Notes under the pieces: model-generated
The model's input: the letters and a program-made list of their open reading frames with translations, nothing else
Database searches by the model: none
What the model was told of the DNA's origin: nothing
Part shown: positions 51,226 to 61,030 of the stretch, in pieces
Layout of the letters: each line of letters opens with the position of its first letter
Numbering within the stretch: position 1 is the stretch's first letter
Source: an uncultured Fretibacterium sp.
Lineage (GTDB): Bacteria; Synergistota; Synergistia; Synergistales; Aminobacteriaceae
Direction: 5' to 3'
DNA: 64,000 nt
NCBI GenBank assembly: GCA_937915755.1
Contig: CALGGR010000325.1
Location: 6,591-70,590, forward strand
Made by a program: the position numbers and the translations under genes

Positions 51226-53580
51226 TCACTTGAACTCAACAATCGTAACCCCGTAGCCTCCTTCGCCCTCAACGCCCAGCCTGTAGCTTTTGACATAACT
51301 CAGCCTCGACAAAAGAGCATGGACTTCCCGCCTCAATATCCCCTCGCCCCTTCCATGTATAACTGTAACGACGGAATGATTCGACCTGTAAGCCTTATCG
51401 AGATAGCTTGCGACTAGGGGCATTGCTTCAGCGACCAGCATTCCACGAACCATTATTGACGACGGGACTGTCTCAGGTCTTGGGAGCTTCGTAGTGTCCT
51501 GAGGCGGGGTTGCAACCTGAGCTTTCTTGTCGGTGGCAATGAGCTGGCTCAATGGAACGTCAACACTCATCGGCCCGGCTGTCATGTAAGCGCGTCCGTT
51601 GCGGATCTCGTTGATGATCCCGACGATGCCGCTTCCTGCGATCATGGCCGTAACTCCCGGAGCTGGCTCGAACGGTTTGGGGCTGTTCTGAATCTCTCGC
51701 TCTGTACGTTTCTGATGACGCTTGTCGATAACGCCTCGTAAAGTTTTAAGCTCTCTTCGTTTCACGTTGTAGCCTTTCCGTGCAATGTCTCTTGCTGACT
51801 CCTCAATGCTCCGTATGATCTCCTTCGAGGTTTCTTCGGCCTGAGCGATGAACTTCTCAGCTTTACGGTCGGCGGCCTGCATGATCTTGTCGCGCTGAGT
51901 GTCGATTTCCTTGACGCGGTTCTGGTATGCCCTCCGCAAGTCCTCAGCTTCCTTCATGGCCGTGTGGACTTCACGTTCTGCGGTATAGAGTGCTGCCTTA
52001 CGCTCGTTGAGTTCGCTCATTATGTCCTCTGCCGTAAGCTCTCGGGAATCAAGTTCACCCTGTGCGAGTCTTAATACATTCTCCGGCATTCCGTAGCGTC
52101 TGGCAATGAGTAGCGCGCTGCTTCTTCCGGGAATCCCCATCAATAGCCTGTAAGTCGGCTGTAACTTCTGAATGTCGAACTCCATGCTTGCGGTCTCAAC
52201 TCCGTCCGTTGTGAGTGCGTACTGCTTCACTGGGTTGTGATGTGTCGTTGCGAGGGTAACACAGCCCATCTCCTTGAGCGTCTGCAATATCGCCACGCCC
52301 AAAGCCGCGCCCTCGTGAGGATCTGTGCCTGCTCCAAGTTCGTCAAGCAGCACTAGCGACGAGTCTGTTGCGTTCTTCAGAATGTGTATGATCTTCTGCA
52401 AGTGTGCGCTGAACGTCGAAAGATTCTGCTCAATGCTCTGTTCGTCGCCTATGTCCTCATATATCGCGTCGAACGTCCCGATTACAGTGCCGTCCCTCGC
52501 CGGAAGTGGAAGCCCAAGCCAAGCAATGGCAATCATGACTCCTGCCGTTTTGAGGGTTACGGTCTTTCCGCCGGTATTCGAGCCTGTTATTACAAGGGTA
52601 GTGAAACCTTCACCGCATGAGACTGAAACGGGTACGGCCTTGTCCTTCAGCATTGGGTGTCTTGCGTCAATTAGGCGGAAGAATTTTTTTGCCGACAATT
52701 CAGGAATCACCCAGTGCTTGTTACGGATTAAGTCATCGCATACACATAGAAGGTCAAAAGTTCCTATGACTCTCTCGGCGTTGATGACAGCATTTTCGCG
52801 GGACAATATATTCCGTGTGAGCGCGAGAAGTATCAAACGCTCCTCGTCCTGCTCGTCCTTAGTCTTCACTATGAGGTCATTGTTGACACGGGATAATGAT
52901 TTCGGCTCCATGTAGACGGAATTTCCCGATGCTGAACGCTCAACGGCGAGTCCCGGAAACCTGTTAATGTATTCCTGACGAACAAGCAGCAGGAATCTTC
53001 CCTCGCGCCATGAAAGTGAACGTTCCTGCAACATGTTCACGGTATCGGAGTCCTCAAAGAGTTTCTGCGCTATCCTTCGGCCATTGCGTTTCAAGTTCTC
53101 GATTTCCTCACGTATAACCGCAAGTTTAGGAGAAGCGTTGTCAGCGAGCCTCCCAGAATCTTCGACGACATTCAAAGCCTCGATCTCCGGCGAAAAATCC
53201 CTTATACCCCGCCTCAATGCGTCAACAGTCTGGTAATTCCCTGAGACTTCCGCAAGTCCTTCACGGATTTGTCGCGCACATTGCAATACCGCCCTCACCC
53301 TCAACAATTCCTCGCCCGAAAGGATACCGCTCTTCTTTGCGTTTGGGAACATCGGGGAGACAGCTTCAAGTCCTGCGTTGAAGGTAAATTCTCCGTTGTG
53401 GTCAGTGAGGTCAAGCCATTCACGGAGCAATTTCTCGCGCTCACGGAGAGAGTTGTAATCCTTCGCCGGCTTAAGCGAGGCCAAAATTAACTCCCCTAAT
53501 CCGCCTCTCAGTCTTTCACGGAAGGGGAGCAAGTTTTTCTCAAGCTCTAATATTTCTGCAACGTTGTCCGAGATTTGCAT
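51226..53580 (-). CDS. mutS2: Endonuclease MutS2 (with a C-terminal Smr domain)
   Basis: It has Walker A GSNTGGKTVTLKT, LLDELGAGTDP, and a C-terminal Smr domain (VTVIHGRGEGILRREV). Confidence 0.85.
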   Translation of the reverse strand: MQISDNVAEILELEKNLLPFRERLRGGLGELILASLKPAKDYNSLREREKLLREWLDLTDHNGEFTFNAGLEAVSPMFPNAKKSGILSGEELLRVRAVLQCARQIREGLAEVSGNYQTVDALRRGIRDFSPEIEALNVVEDSGRLADNASPKLAVIREEIENLKRNGRRIAQKLFEDSDTVNMLQERSLSWREGRFLLLVRQEYINRFPGLAVERSASGNSVYMEPKSLSRVNNDLIVKTKDEQDEERLILLALTRNILSRENAVINAERVIGTFDLLCVCDDLIRNKHWVIPELSAKKFFRLIDARHPMLKDKAVPVSVSCGEGFTTLVITGSNTGGKTVTLKTAGVMIAIAWLGLPLPARDGTVIGTFDAIYEDIGDEQSIEQNLSTFSAHLQKIIHILKNATDSSLVLLDELGAGTDPHEGAALGVAILQTLKEMGCVTLATTHHNPVKQYALTTDGVETASMEFDIQKLQPTYRLLMGIPGRSSALLIARRYGMPENVLRLAQGELDSRELTAEDIMSELNERKAALYTAEREVHTAMKEAEDLRRAYQNRVKEIDTQRDKIMQAADRKAEKFIAQAEETSKEIIRSIEESARDIARKGYNVKRRELKTLRGVIDKRHQKRTEREIQNSPKPFEPAPGVTAMIAGSGIVGIINEIRNGRAYMTAGPMSVDVPLSQLIATDKKAQVATPPQDTTKLPRPETVPSSIMVRGMLVAEAMPLVASYLDKAYRSNHSVVTVIHGRGEGILRREVHALLSRLSYVKSYRLGVEGEGGYGVTIVEFK

Positions 53581-54108
53581 CTAAATTCCGCCCGTCAATG
53601 CCCTGAAATCGACAAGCCCATGTTCCTGAAGCAAGTCCCTAATATACGGCCAAATGTATGAAGCTCCCTTCATGAACCAGCTTTCCTCCATCCATTCAGT
53701 CGGTATCATCTTCGGGAATGACGAGAGTAGCGCGTAGACTATGATTGTTATGAAACTTGCCTTGAGGAAGCCTACGATCATTCCGCAAATGTGGTCGGTC
53801 AATGAGAGCTGCGTAACCTTCACCATCCACGATAGAATGAAGCCTATAACCGCGAATATGATCTGAACGATGAAGAATATTGCGAGTGAACATGCAAGCG
53901 ACAATATATTACGGTCAAAAGCCGGGTCATTGATGTATCTTGATGCAAGCTCGACTGCAGGGTCTGCGAATTTCCACGCGCAGAAGGTGCTCACGAAGAA
54001 ACCAACAAGCCCGATGACTTCGCCGGAAAAGCCGTTCACAAGCCCCCTGTAGAGGAAGAATATCAGGATTATACCGAGAACGGCATCAACTATAAGTGCA
54101 ACATTCAT
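53581..54108 (-). CDS. cvpA: CvpA-family membrane protein
   Basis: It has four TM helices. The N-terminus DAVLGIILIFFLYRGLVNGF is typical of the family. Confidence 0.65.
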   Translation of the reverse strand: MNVALIVDAVLGIILIFFLYRGLVNGFSGEVIGLVGFFVSTFCAWKFADPAVELASRYINDPAFDRNILSLACSLAIFFIVQIIFAVIGFILSWMVKVTQLSLTDHICGMIVGFLKASFITIIVYALLSSFPKMIPTEWMEESWFMKGASYIWPYIRDLLQEHGLVDFRALTGGI

Positions 54109-54126
54109 GTCAATATCACCTTCCTT

Positions 54127-54741
54127 TTAATTTACGCCTTGAGGGGCGCGGTAGTAGTTTATTCTCATCTCAGCGGGATTAACGGCCATGTTGAGATTAT
54201 CGCAGGCAATCTCACATAGCGACAAAACGTCCAGCCTAACCCGCAAAATTTCAGCGTCAAGCCCTGTTCTTTCGGGGTCGTCGGAAATTGCTACAGCGTC
54301 AGGATTTTTGCCGAGCCATTCAAGAATTTGAGCGTGGGAATATTCCCCAGCCTCCAAGAATCCATCGCATGAAGCGTAAACGTACCCATGTCCCGCGTAA
54401 ATGACCGTGAGAATTTTGCCGGCTTTCCTGAACGTGAAAGGCAGGAGCTCAAGGGTTGAGACTGTGATTATCTTTGCGCCCGAAGAATACGCAAGCCCCG
54501 ACGCATAAGCCGCCCCGACACGAATCCCAGTGAAGTAACCCGGCCCGTTAGTGAGAGCAATATAGTCCAGTTCATTCCACGAAAGCCCTGAAGAAGCCAT
54601 GAGTCCCTCGCAGATTCTGGGAAGCTCTGAAGTCTGCCTTCTCCCCAAGTCCTCCTGAAAGTGCCCAACAATCTCACCGTCAACCATCAAAGCAGCTCCA
54701 GTGATTTTGAGACAGCAGTCAACCGCAAGAATATTCGCCAT
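54127..54741 (-). CDS. tsaB: tRNA t6A37 biosynthesis protein TsaB
   Basis: ILAVDCCLKITGAAL ... ALTNGPGYFTGIRVG is present. It is adjacent to tsaE. Confidence 0.75.
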   Translation of the reverse strand: MANILAVDCCLKITGAALMVDGEIVGHFQEDLGRRQTSELPRICEGLMASSGLSWNELDYIALTNGPGYFTGIRVGAAYASGLAYSSGAKIITVSTLELLPFTFRKAGKILTVIYAGHGYVYASCDGFLEAGEYSHAQILEWLGKNPDAVAISDDPERTGLDAEILRVRLDVLSLCEIACDNLNMAVNPAEMRINYYRAPQGVN

Positions 54742-55151
54742 TACACAGCCACCTCGATTCTGATTTCGCGTTCGTTCTCACTCAGTGCCGAGAAATATAC
54801 CCTTAACGCATTGTCAGGAGGGTTCGCCCAACGTTCAGGCCATTCAACAAAGAGAATAACATCATCATCGCCCGCGTATTCCTCGAGTCCTACAGCACTC
54901 ACGCCGTCAGGTTCAAGCCTGTATAAATCCGCGTGAACTATGTAAAGCCCCGATGATGCCTCATACTCGTTGATTAGCGTGAACGAAGGACTCCTCATTC
55001 CCGTAATCCCGAAAGCCTCGCCGACTCCCCTTACGAAGACAGTTTTCCCCGCGCCCAAGTCCCCGTAAAGAAGAACAACATCTCCGCCCTTGAGATTTTG
55101 CGCGAAGTCATGGCCGATTCTTCGTGTTTCTTCTTCAGAGTGAGTTTTCAT
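54741..55151 (-). CDS. tsaE: tRNA t6A37 biosynthesis ATPase TsaE
   Basis: It has Walker A GDLGAGKTVFVRG, SPSFTLINEY, and HADLYRL. Confidence 0.8.
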   Translation of the reverse strand: MKTHSEEETRRIGHDFAQNLKGGDVVLLYGDLGAGKTVFVRGVGEAFGITGMRSPSFTLINEYEASSGLYIVHADLYRLEPDGVSAVGLEEYAGDDDVILFVEWPERWANPPDNALRVYFSALSENEREIRIEVAV

Positions 55152-55401
55152 GATTGCGTTTACGTTTCTCGGAACGATGCTTCATGATTACTCGGAGGAC
55201 TACGCAGGAGACGCAGAATATCACCGCGAACAAAACGGTGCGGGGAATCTCAATGTCAGCACCCGTACTCCGGCTCATTCCAAATATGAACGCTATAGCC
55301 ATACCGAAGCTGAGTACACTCATGAGAAGCCCGCGCCTGCGAATATTCTCGGTCTTTTGGATTTCAGCGTCCCAGTCAACACGCTTTCTCTGAGACCTCA
55401 T
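55135..55401 (-). CDS. Small two-TM membrane protein, unknown function
   Basis: The 88-aa ORF overlaps both neighbours in operon fashion and has two hydrophobic segments. Confidence 0.35.
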   Translation of the reverse strand: MRSQRKRVDWDAEIQKTENIRRRGLLMSVLSFGMAIAFIFGMSRSTGADIEIPRTVLFAVIFCVSCVVLRVIMKHRSEKRKRNHENSL

Positions 55402-56234
55402 TTCCCAGACCTCAAGCCGTGAATGACTTTCCTCAGAGTGTGTGCAATCTCCGAAGCAAGTACACCGTCAATGCCCTCACGAGCCAGCAATTCGCCCGCT
55501 ATCCCATGAACTGAAGCACCCAGAACAGCGGCGTCGAAAGCGTCAAGACCTCCAGCCAAGAATGCGCCTATACAGCCCGAAAGTACGTCGCCCGAACCCG
55601 GCACAGAAAGTTCCGGCCCGCCGTAAGGAATTTCAGCGAACTTTTCACCCTGTGCAATCAGCGTGTGATGACCTTTAAGGACGACACAGCCCCATCTTTC
55701 CGAGAGTTCACGAACCGCACCCGGCCTGTCTGCATGAACTTGAGCGGGAGAAATTCCGAGAAGACGACTGGCCTCGCCTTCATGAGGTGTCATTACGGAG
55801 TCAGTTCTGGGCTTCAGGTCGTCGCGTGATGAGGCAAGAGCATTAAGACCGTCCCCGTCAACAAGAATCTTCGACGGCCATTCGCGCCACATTCGGGACG
55901 TGAAAATTTCGGCGGCAACACTCTTGTCGAGTCCCGGCCCAATGACTAGAGCGTCAATGTTCTTCTGCGACAGTGCAAGCTCCTTCCATCGGAATGTGTC
56001 ATCGTCAAAGCAGTATATGACTTCCGGAAGCCTTGACGCACAAGCCTCACATACCTTCTGGATCGACAGCATTGTTACGACACCTGCGCCGCTCCTCAAA
56101 GCACCCAATGCGCTCAAAGCGGGTGCGCCCGGATAACGTATCGAGCCTCCCGCAACAAGAACTCTTCCCCTGTGCCCCTTGTGCATATCCTCAGGGCGGG
56201 GAGGCAATAATTTCCTAAGTTCCTCTGCTGTCAT
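55398..56234 (-). CDS. nnrD: ADP-dependent NAD(P)H-hydrate dehydratase (YjeF C-terminal type)
   Basis: The motif run is KGHRGRVLVAGGSIRYPGAPALSALGALRSGAG ... VLKGHHT ... GSGDVLSG. Confidence 0.75.
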   Translation of the reverse strand: MTAEELRKLLPPRPEDMHKGHRGRVLVAGGSIRYPGAPALSALGALRSGAGVVTMLSIQKVCEACASRLPEVIYCFDDDTFRWKELALSQKNIDALVIGPGLDKSVAAEIFTSRMWREWPSKILVDGDGLNALASSRDDLKPRTDSVMTPHEGEASRLLGISPAQVHADRPGAVRELSERWGCVVLKGHHTLIAQGEKFAEIPYGGPELSVPGSGDVLSGCIGAFLAGGLDAFDAAVLGASVHGIAGELLAREGIDGVLASEIAHTLRKVIHGLRSGK

Positions 56235-57194
56235 TTACAGTCTCACCATCTGCGGGGGTTCTTTTCCTGCGAAAACGGCCTCAATGTTCCGTATTACCAT
56301 GAGACCCATCTCGCGCCTTGTCCCGAATGTTGCTGTCCCAATATGAGGAAGTAAAACGACATTCTGAAGCGTCTTCAATGCTGGTTCAACTTCCGGCTCA
56401 TTCTCGTAGACATCAAGCCCAGCTCCCGCGATCACCCTTCTCGACAAAGCGTCAGCAAGTGCTTTCTCGTCAACAACAGGGCCGCGCGATGTGTTGATGA
56501 GTATTCCGTCTGGCTTCATTTTTGCGAGTTCCTTTGCGCCGATTAGATGTCGTGTTGAATCCGTCAAAGGAAGATGAAGGCTCACGAAGTCCGAACGCTC
56601 CAATAATTCCTCAAGCCCTACTCTCTGCGCGCCTACTGACTCAAGATGAAGCGAGTTCCTCCGGCTATAGTAGAGTACCTTCATGTTGAAGCCGCGAGCC
56701 GCCTTGATGCCGAAATTTGCACCGATACGCCCTGCGCCGATGATGCCGACAGTACGGCCTGTGATGTCATAGCCGAGCATGTACTTCGGTGCCCACATGA
56801 ATGTGCCTGTACGTACAATGTTGTCGCACTCAATGACTCTCCTTGCACAAGCGAACATCAGCGTGAATGCAGTGTCAGCCGTAGCATCAGTGAGGACATC
56901 GGGGGTGTTGGTAACGTAAATACCTTTTGCCTTCGCCGCAGCAACGTCAATATTGTTGAAGCCTACGCCGTAATTTGCGATTAGCTTGAGGTCGGGGCCA
57001 GCCTGATTTATGAGGTCTGCGTCAATCGGGTCATTGAGCATCGTTATTATTGCGGCGTAATTCTTGACGGCGTTGACGAGTTCCTCACGTGTAGCGAGCC
57101 TCTCTTCGTGGTTAACGTCATACTCGCAGATATTTCCGAGCGTTTTCATTACGTATGTTGGGAGCGTGCGCGTAACATATACTTTTCTGTTCAT
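56235..57194 (-). CDS. D-2-hydroxyacid dehydrogenase / glyoxylate-hydroxypyruvate reductase
   Basis: It has the NAD motif GIIGAGRIG and the catalytic region NTSRGPVVDE ... LDVYENEP ... LPHIGTAT. Confidence 0.8.
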   Translation of the reverse strand: MNRKVYVTRTLPTYVMKTLGNICEYDVNHEERLATREELVNAVKNYAAIITMLNDPIDADLINQAGPDLKLIANYGVGFNNIDVAAAKAKGIYVTNTPDVLTDATADTAFTLMFACARRVIECDNIVRTGTFMWAPKYMLGYDITGRTVGIIGAGRIGANFGIKAARGFNMKVLYYSRRNSLHLESVGAQRVGLEELLERSDFVSLHLPLTDSTRHLIGAKELAKMKPDGILINTSRGPVVDEKALADALSRRVIAGAGLDVYENEPEVEPALKTLQNVVLLPHIGTATFGTRREMGLMVIRNIEAVFAGKEPPQMVRL

Positions 57195-57201
57195 GGTGTG
57201 A

Positions 57202-57738
57202 TTACTCCTCGATTGTGATGGTTTTGATTACTACGTCTTCTAACGGTCTGTCCTGTCTGTTAGTCTTCGTGTGCCCGATTGCCTCGACAACTTCCATTCC
57301 TTCGATGACATGGCCGAAGATTGCGTGATGACCGTCAAGCCACGGGGTTGGAACGAGAGTGATGAAGAACTGCGAGCCGCCTGTATCCGGGCCTGCGTTT
57401 GCCATTGAGAGTATTCCTGGAGCGTCATGCTTGAGTCCTTCGCCGAACTCGTCGGGGATAACGTAGCCCGGGCCACCGCGACCTGTACCTGTTGGGTCTC
57501 CGCCCTGGATCATGAACTTGTCGATTACCCTGTGGAAGATTACGCCGTCATAGAAATTCTTGGAGGCAAGGTCTGTAAAGTTCTTGACGGTATTGGGCGC
57601 AAGGTCGGAATAAAGCTCGATGGTGAAATCGCCCATTGATGTCTGGAATTTTGCGAGGGGACGCTTTGTGGTCTCGTCAGCAAAAGCCGGAGAACATACG
57701 AGAGCAAGCGTGAGAATTTTGCAGAGTAACTTGTACAT
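57202..57738 (-). CDS. Cyclophilin-type peptidyl-prolyl isomerase, exported
   Basis: It has FHRVIDKFMIQGGDP and SMANAGPDTGGSQFFI. I chose the ATG at 57738, which gives the signal peptide MYKLLCKILTLALV, with GGAGGA upstream. Confidence 0.8.
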   Translation of the reverse strand: MYKLLCKILTLALVCSPAFADETTKRPLAKFQTSMGDFTIELYSDLAPNTVKNFTDLASKNFYDGVIFHRVIDKFMIQGGDPTGTGRGGPGYVIPDEFGEGLKHDAPGILSMANAGPDTGGSQFFITLVPTPWLDGHHAIFGHVIEGMEVVEAIGHTKTNRQDRPLEDVVIKTITIEE

Positions 57739-57862
57739 TGTGATGATGATTCCTCCTTCAATGTGATTGAATGCTGAGAATATAATATCACTAAGCACAA
57801 TATACCTGTATATCAGGAACGCTTGCCCTCATGCTCAACCTTAATGTTGCCAGTGAGGTTTT

Positions 57863-59245
57863 CTACTTTTTCAGCAACGACACTGCCATTACTGCAAACG
57901 ACAATATAATTCCGCAAGTCGACGCATTGAGCCTCACTCCCATAACCTCAAGAGCACCCCCGAATCCCCCGAACGTCATGTAAACCGTCAGCCCGGCCCC
58001 AAGCAATGCCGACATTACAGCCCCGAAATTCCCGGCCCTCTTCGTGAAAAGCCCGAACACTAACGGTGCACTCAATGACACGCTCATGAGTGAGTAGAAT
58101 ATCGTCAACGCTGAGATTATGCTCTCAAGCCTCAACGCTAAAATCACCCCGATGAGTCCGCAAATTACCGTAACGACTCGTGAGAGCCTAAGAAGATTTT
58201 TGTCGCTGATTTTGGGATTGATGAAACGCTTGTACAAGTCATTCGTGAGTGAACCAGCAAGCATGTAGAGAACTGTATCAGCCGTACTTACTTCAGCCGC
58301 AAAAATTCCCGCAAGCGCAAGACTCGCTGCAAAGAACGGCATCATCTCCTTCATAGCCGACGGCAGCGCCAGATCCGCACGCGATAATCCCGGTATGCAA
58401 GCTCCTGCCGACATTCCTATAATCACGGGTATCACTGCGAAAACAAGCTGCACCAATCCGTTCATGGCCGTGCCGACTTTAACGGCGCGTTCATTCTCGG
58501 CAGCAAAGACCTTTCCGATCAGTCCCGGTGATATGAAGAATGACGGCACAAGCATCACGATGTATCCGATGATGGCAGTACTCCCCATTCCGAAAGCATC
58601 AAAGTATGTCGGATTGCTTACGGCTGACTTAATGCCGCTGATTCCTCCCGCGTAGCTCAAAACGAAAGGAACGGCAACGATGAAGCCTGCAAGAATAACC
58701 GCGACCTCAACAATATTGACGACCGCGCTTGAAAGAAGCCCCCCGGCCGCGAAATACAGCGTCGTAACAACCGCCCCTGTTATTACGCCATGAACCTTCG
58801 GGATTCCTGCGGCAACATCGAGAATCCACGCTATCCCCAAGAGCTGCCCCGCGAAAAGCGCAAGTGTTCCAACTGACATCATTACCGAGATTATTCCTGA
58901 GAATGCCTTGCTGTAACGTGCATCAAGGTAATCGCTCAACGTGTAGTAATTATTCTCACGGGCAATCCGCCAGATTTTCGGGCCGACTATGTACGCGAGA
59001 ATCAGTGAACCTATTCCCGCACTTCCTATCCACCACCAGGCTGAGACACCGTGAGTGTAGGCAAGCGCTGATACTCCCACGGTTGAACCTGCTCCGAGAT
59101 TTGCGGCTATCAGGGACGTGAAGAGAAGACCTGAGCCGAATCTCCGTCCCGCGACAAAGAAGTCTGAGGCTGATTTTGCCTTTCGCCCTATAAAGGCTCC
59201 GAGCGCTACGAGAATTACAGCGTATACGAATATGAATGCGAGCAT
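57863..59245 (-). CDS. Sodium:solute symporter (SSS) family transporter
   Basis: The 460-aa protein has about 12-13 TM helices. The N-terminal motif is FFVAGRRFGSGLLFTSLIAANLGAGS. Confidence 0.7.
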   Translation of the reverse strand: MLAFIFVYAVILVALGAFIGRKAKSASDFFVAGRRFGSGLLFTSLIAANLGAGSTVGVSALAYTHGVSAWWWIGSAGIGSLILAYIVGPKIWRIARENNYYTLSDYLDARYSKAFSGIISVMMSVGTLALFAGQLLGIAWILDVAAGIPKVHGVITGAVVTTLYFAAGGLLSSAVVNIVEVAVILAGFIVAVPFVLSYAGGISGIKSAVSNPTYFDAFGMGSTAIIGYIVMLVPSFFISPGLIGKVFAAENERAVKVGTAMNGLVQLVFAVIPVIIGMSAGACIPGLSRADLALPSAMKEMMPFFAASLALAGIFAAEVSTADTVLYMLAGSLTNDLYKRFINPKISDKNLLRLSRVVTVICGLIGVILALRLESIISALTIFYSLMSVSLSAPLVFGLFTKRAGNFGAVMSALLGAGLTVYMTFGGFGGALEVMGVRLNASTCGIILSFAVMAVSLLKK

Positions 59246-59334
59246 GAAAATTCCTCCCGTATATAAAAAAATCCCTGCTCAGATTTTTGCATCTAAACAG
59301 GGTGTAATTTCATCCGTCGTCTCTTGAAAAATTT

Positions 59335-59408
59335 TGGCTGGGAATCAGGGATTCGAACCCCAATTGCCTGATCCAGAGTCAGGTGTGCTGCCGTTGCACC
59401 AATTCCCA
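59335..59408 (-). tRNA. tRNA-Gln (anticodon CUG)
   Basis: The minus strand reads TGGGAAT...ATTCCCAGCCA. The acceptor stem is 7 bp. The anticodon arm is CCTGA-CTCTGGA-TCAGG (anticodon CTG). A GGTTCGAATCC T-loop and an encoded CCA are present. Confidence 0.85.
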
Positions 59409-59527
59409 GAATGTGAATGCTAAGGATTTTCTCAAAGCACTAGGAAATTCTACCAGCAATCTCGAATTTGTCAATAACTCTGATATAATCATCGCTAAAA
59501 ATCGCATCAACATGAAAGGTTTTCCAA

Positions 59528-60127
59528 ATGTACAGAAATTTCGTGAAGAGAATTTTCGATGTCATTCTGAGTCTCATAGCTCTCGTCTTTCTTTGTCCTG
59601 TAATACTTGTGTGCGCTGTGATAATAAAGCGTGAGGACAATGGGCCTGCGTTCTTCAGGCAGAAGAGGATAGGAATTCACAAAAAGACCTTCAGCATGTA
59701 CAAGTTCCGCTCGATGAGAATGGACGCACCCAGGGATGTTCCTACACACCTCTTCAAAAACCCAGAGCAATATTTTCTCCGCTGCGGAAAATTCATCAGG
59801 AGGTACAGCCTCGATGAGCTTCCGCAGATAATCAACATTCTCAAAGGCGATATGTCAATCGTTGGGCCGCGTCCTGCATTATGGAATCAGTATGACCTCA
59901 TAGAAGAGCGTGACAAGTACGGTGCTAATGACATCAGGCCGGGGCTTACAGGATGGGCACAGATTAACGGGCGCGATGAGCTTGAGATTCCAGAGAAGGC
60001 CAGGCTTGACGGCGAATATGTCAGGCGAGAATCGTTCTTGTTCGATGTAATGTGCATATGGCGGACCGTGTTCAAAGTCGTTGAACATGAGGGAGTCTTG
60101 GAGGGAGGTACGGGAACTAAGAAGTGA
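59528..60127 (+). CDS. Undecaprenyl-phosphate sugar phosphotransferase (bacterial sugar transferase family)
   Basis: The motif run is FKRIFDVILSLIALVFLCPV ... GPAFFRQKRIG ... FKFRSM ... DELPQIINILKGDMSIVGPRP. Confidence 0.8.
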   Translation: MYRNFVKRIFDVILSLIALVFLCPVILVCAVIIKREDNGPAFFRQKRIGIHKKTFSMYKFRSMRMDAPRDVPTHLFKNPEQYFLRCGKFIRRYSLDELPQIINILKGDMSIVGPRPALWNQYDLIEERDKYGANDIRPGLTGWAQINGRDELEIPEKARLDGEYVRRESFLFDVMCIWRTVFKVVEHEGVLEGGTGTKK

Positions 60128-60988
60128 TTACCGCTCTGTCTCCTCAATGCTTGCCCGCAAGTCATAGAGCCTGTAATCCTCACCGTACTCACTCAGGCTC
60201 ATATCGTAGGCCAATGAACCGAATGCCTTGTTGACCAGCCCGGAGAATCCCGCGAGGAGTTTCAATGGAAGTTCACAGAATGGGAGGAGCTTTATTATCT
60301 TCCCGTGATTTTCTGCTATCATTTTCACCATCTCTGAAGTGTCGGAATACTCTCCGTTTTGAGGCCAGAATATCCCTCGCTCCCTGTTCTCAACCATGAG
60401 CCTGATGAACTCCGCAAAATTCTTAGCGTATATCATAGAGCGAGTGTTATGTATTTTCGGGAAGAACGGAAGCCTGGCTGCAATCTTCGAGAGAACACGA
60501 TAGTTTCCTTTACAGCCTTTTCCGTAAATCATCGGGCACCTGAGTATGCAGACCCTGAAATTCTCGTCGTTCAATGACTGAAGCATATCCTCGGCTCTGA
60601 CCTTGCTGTCTCCGTAATAACTTTCTGGATTCACCGGGCTGTCTCGGGTGATGATCTTCGTCTTTCCGATTGGAGCTGACTTCCCGTAGACGATTGACGA
60701 GCTCATGAAGATGAATTGCCCCGCCCCGTCATGCTTTGCCTTTAACGCTGCATCGAATGCAAGTTCCGAGTTAACGCGGTAATAAGAGTCCTTGTCGCTG
60801 GATTTTGTGCTGTCGTGAGCAATTCCTGCAGTATGTACAACAGTGTCGAAGCCATTGAAACTCTCAGACCTCCATGAATCTCCGCGAAGGCTTATCGTCT
60901 CAATGTGATATTTTGCCGGCCATGATGAAAGATGTTCGCAGATTACGCTTCCTGTGTAACTGTGTAAGCCTGTAATAAGTATCCTCAT
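60128..60988 (-). CDS. NAD-dependent epimerase/dehydratase family protein
   Basis: The ATG at 60988 gives MRILITGLHSYTG (a Rossmann GxxGxxG variant). YGDSK is the catalytic YxxxK motif. Confidence 0.7.
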   Translation of the reverse strand: MRILITGLHSYTGSVICEHLSSWPAKYHIETISLRGDSWRSESFNGFDTVVHTAGIAHDSTKSSDKDSYYRVNSELAFDAALKAKHDGAGQFIFMSSSIVYGKSAPIGKTKIITRDSPVNPESYYGDSKVRAEDMLQSLNDENFRVCILRCPMIYGKGCKGNYRVLSKIAARLPFFPKIHNTRSMIYAKNFAEFIRLMVENRERGIFWPQNGEYSDTSEMVKMIAENHGKIIKLLPFCELPLKLLAGFSGLVNKAFGSLAYDMSLSEYGEDYRLYDLRASIEETER

Positions 60989-61030
60989 AAAAAAATACCC
61001 TCCCGTTATGAGAGGGCATAATATCATAGA

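Noticed and set aside
60125-60130. The stop codons of convergent genes (sugar transferase + and epimerase -) abut directly, with no intergenic terminator.
   Set aside because: This is unusual-looking but can be explained by terminators lying inside the opposing coding sequences. Nothing further is supported by the sequence.
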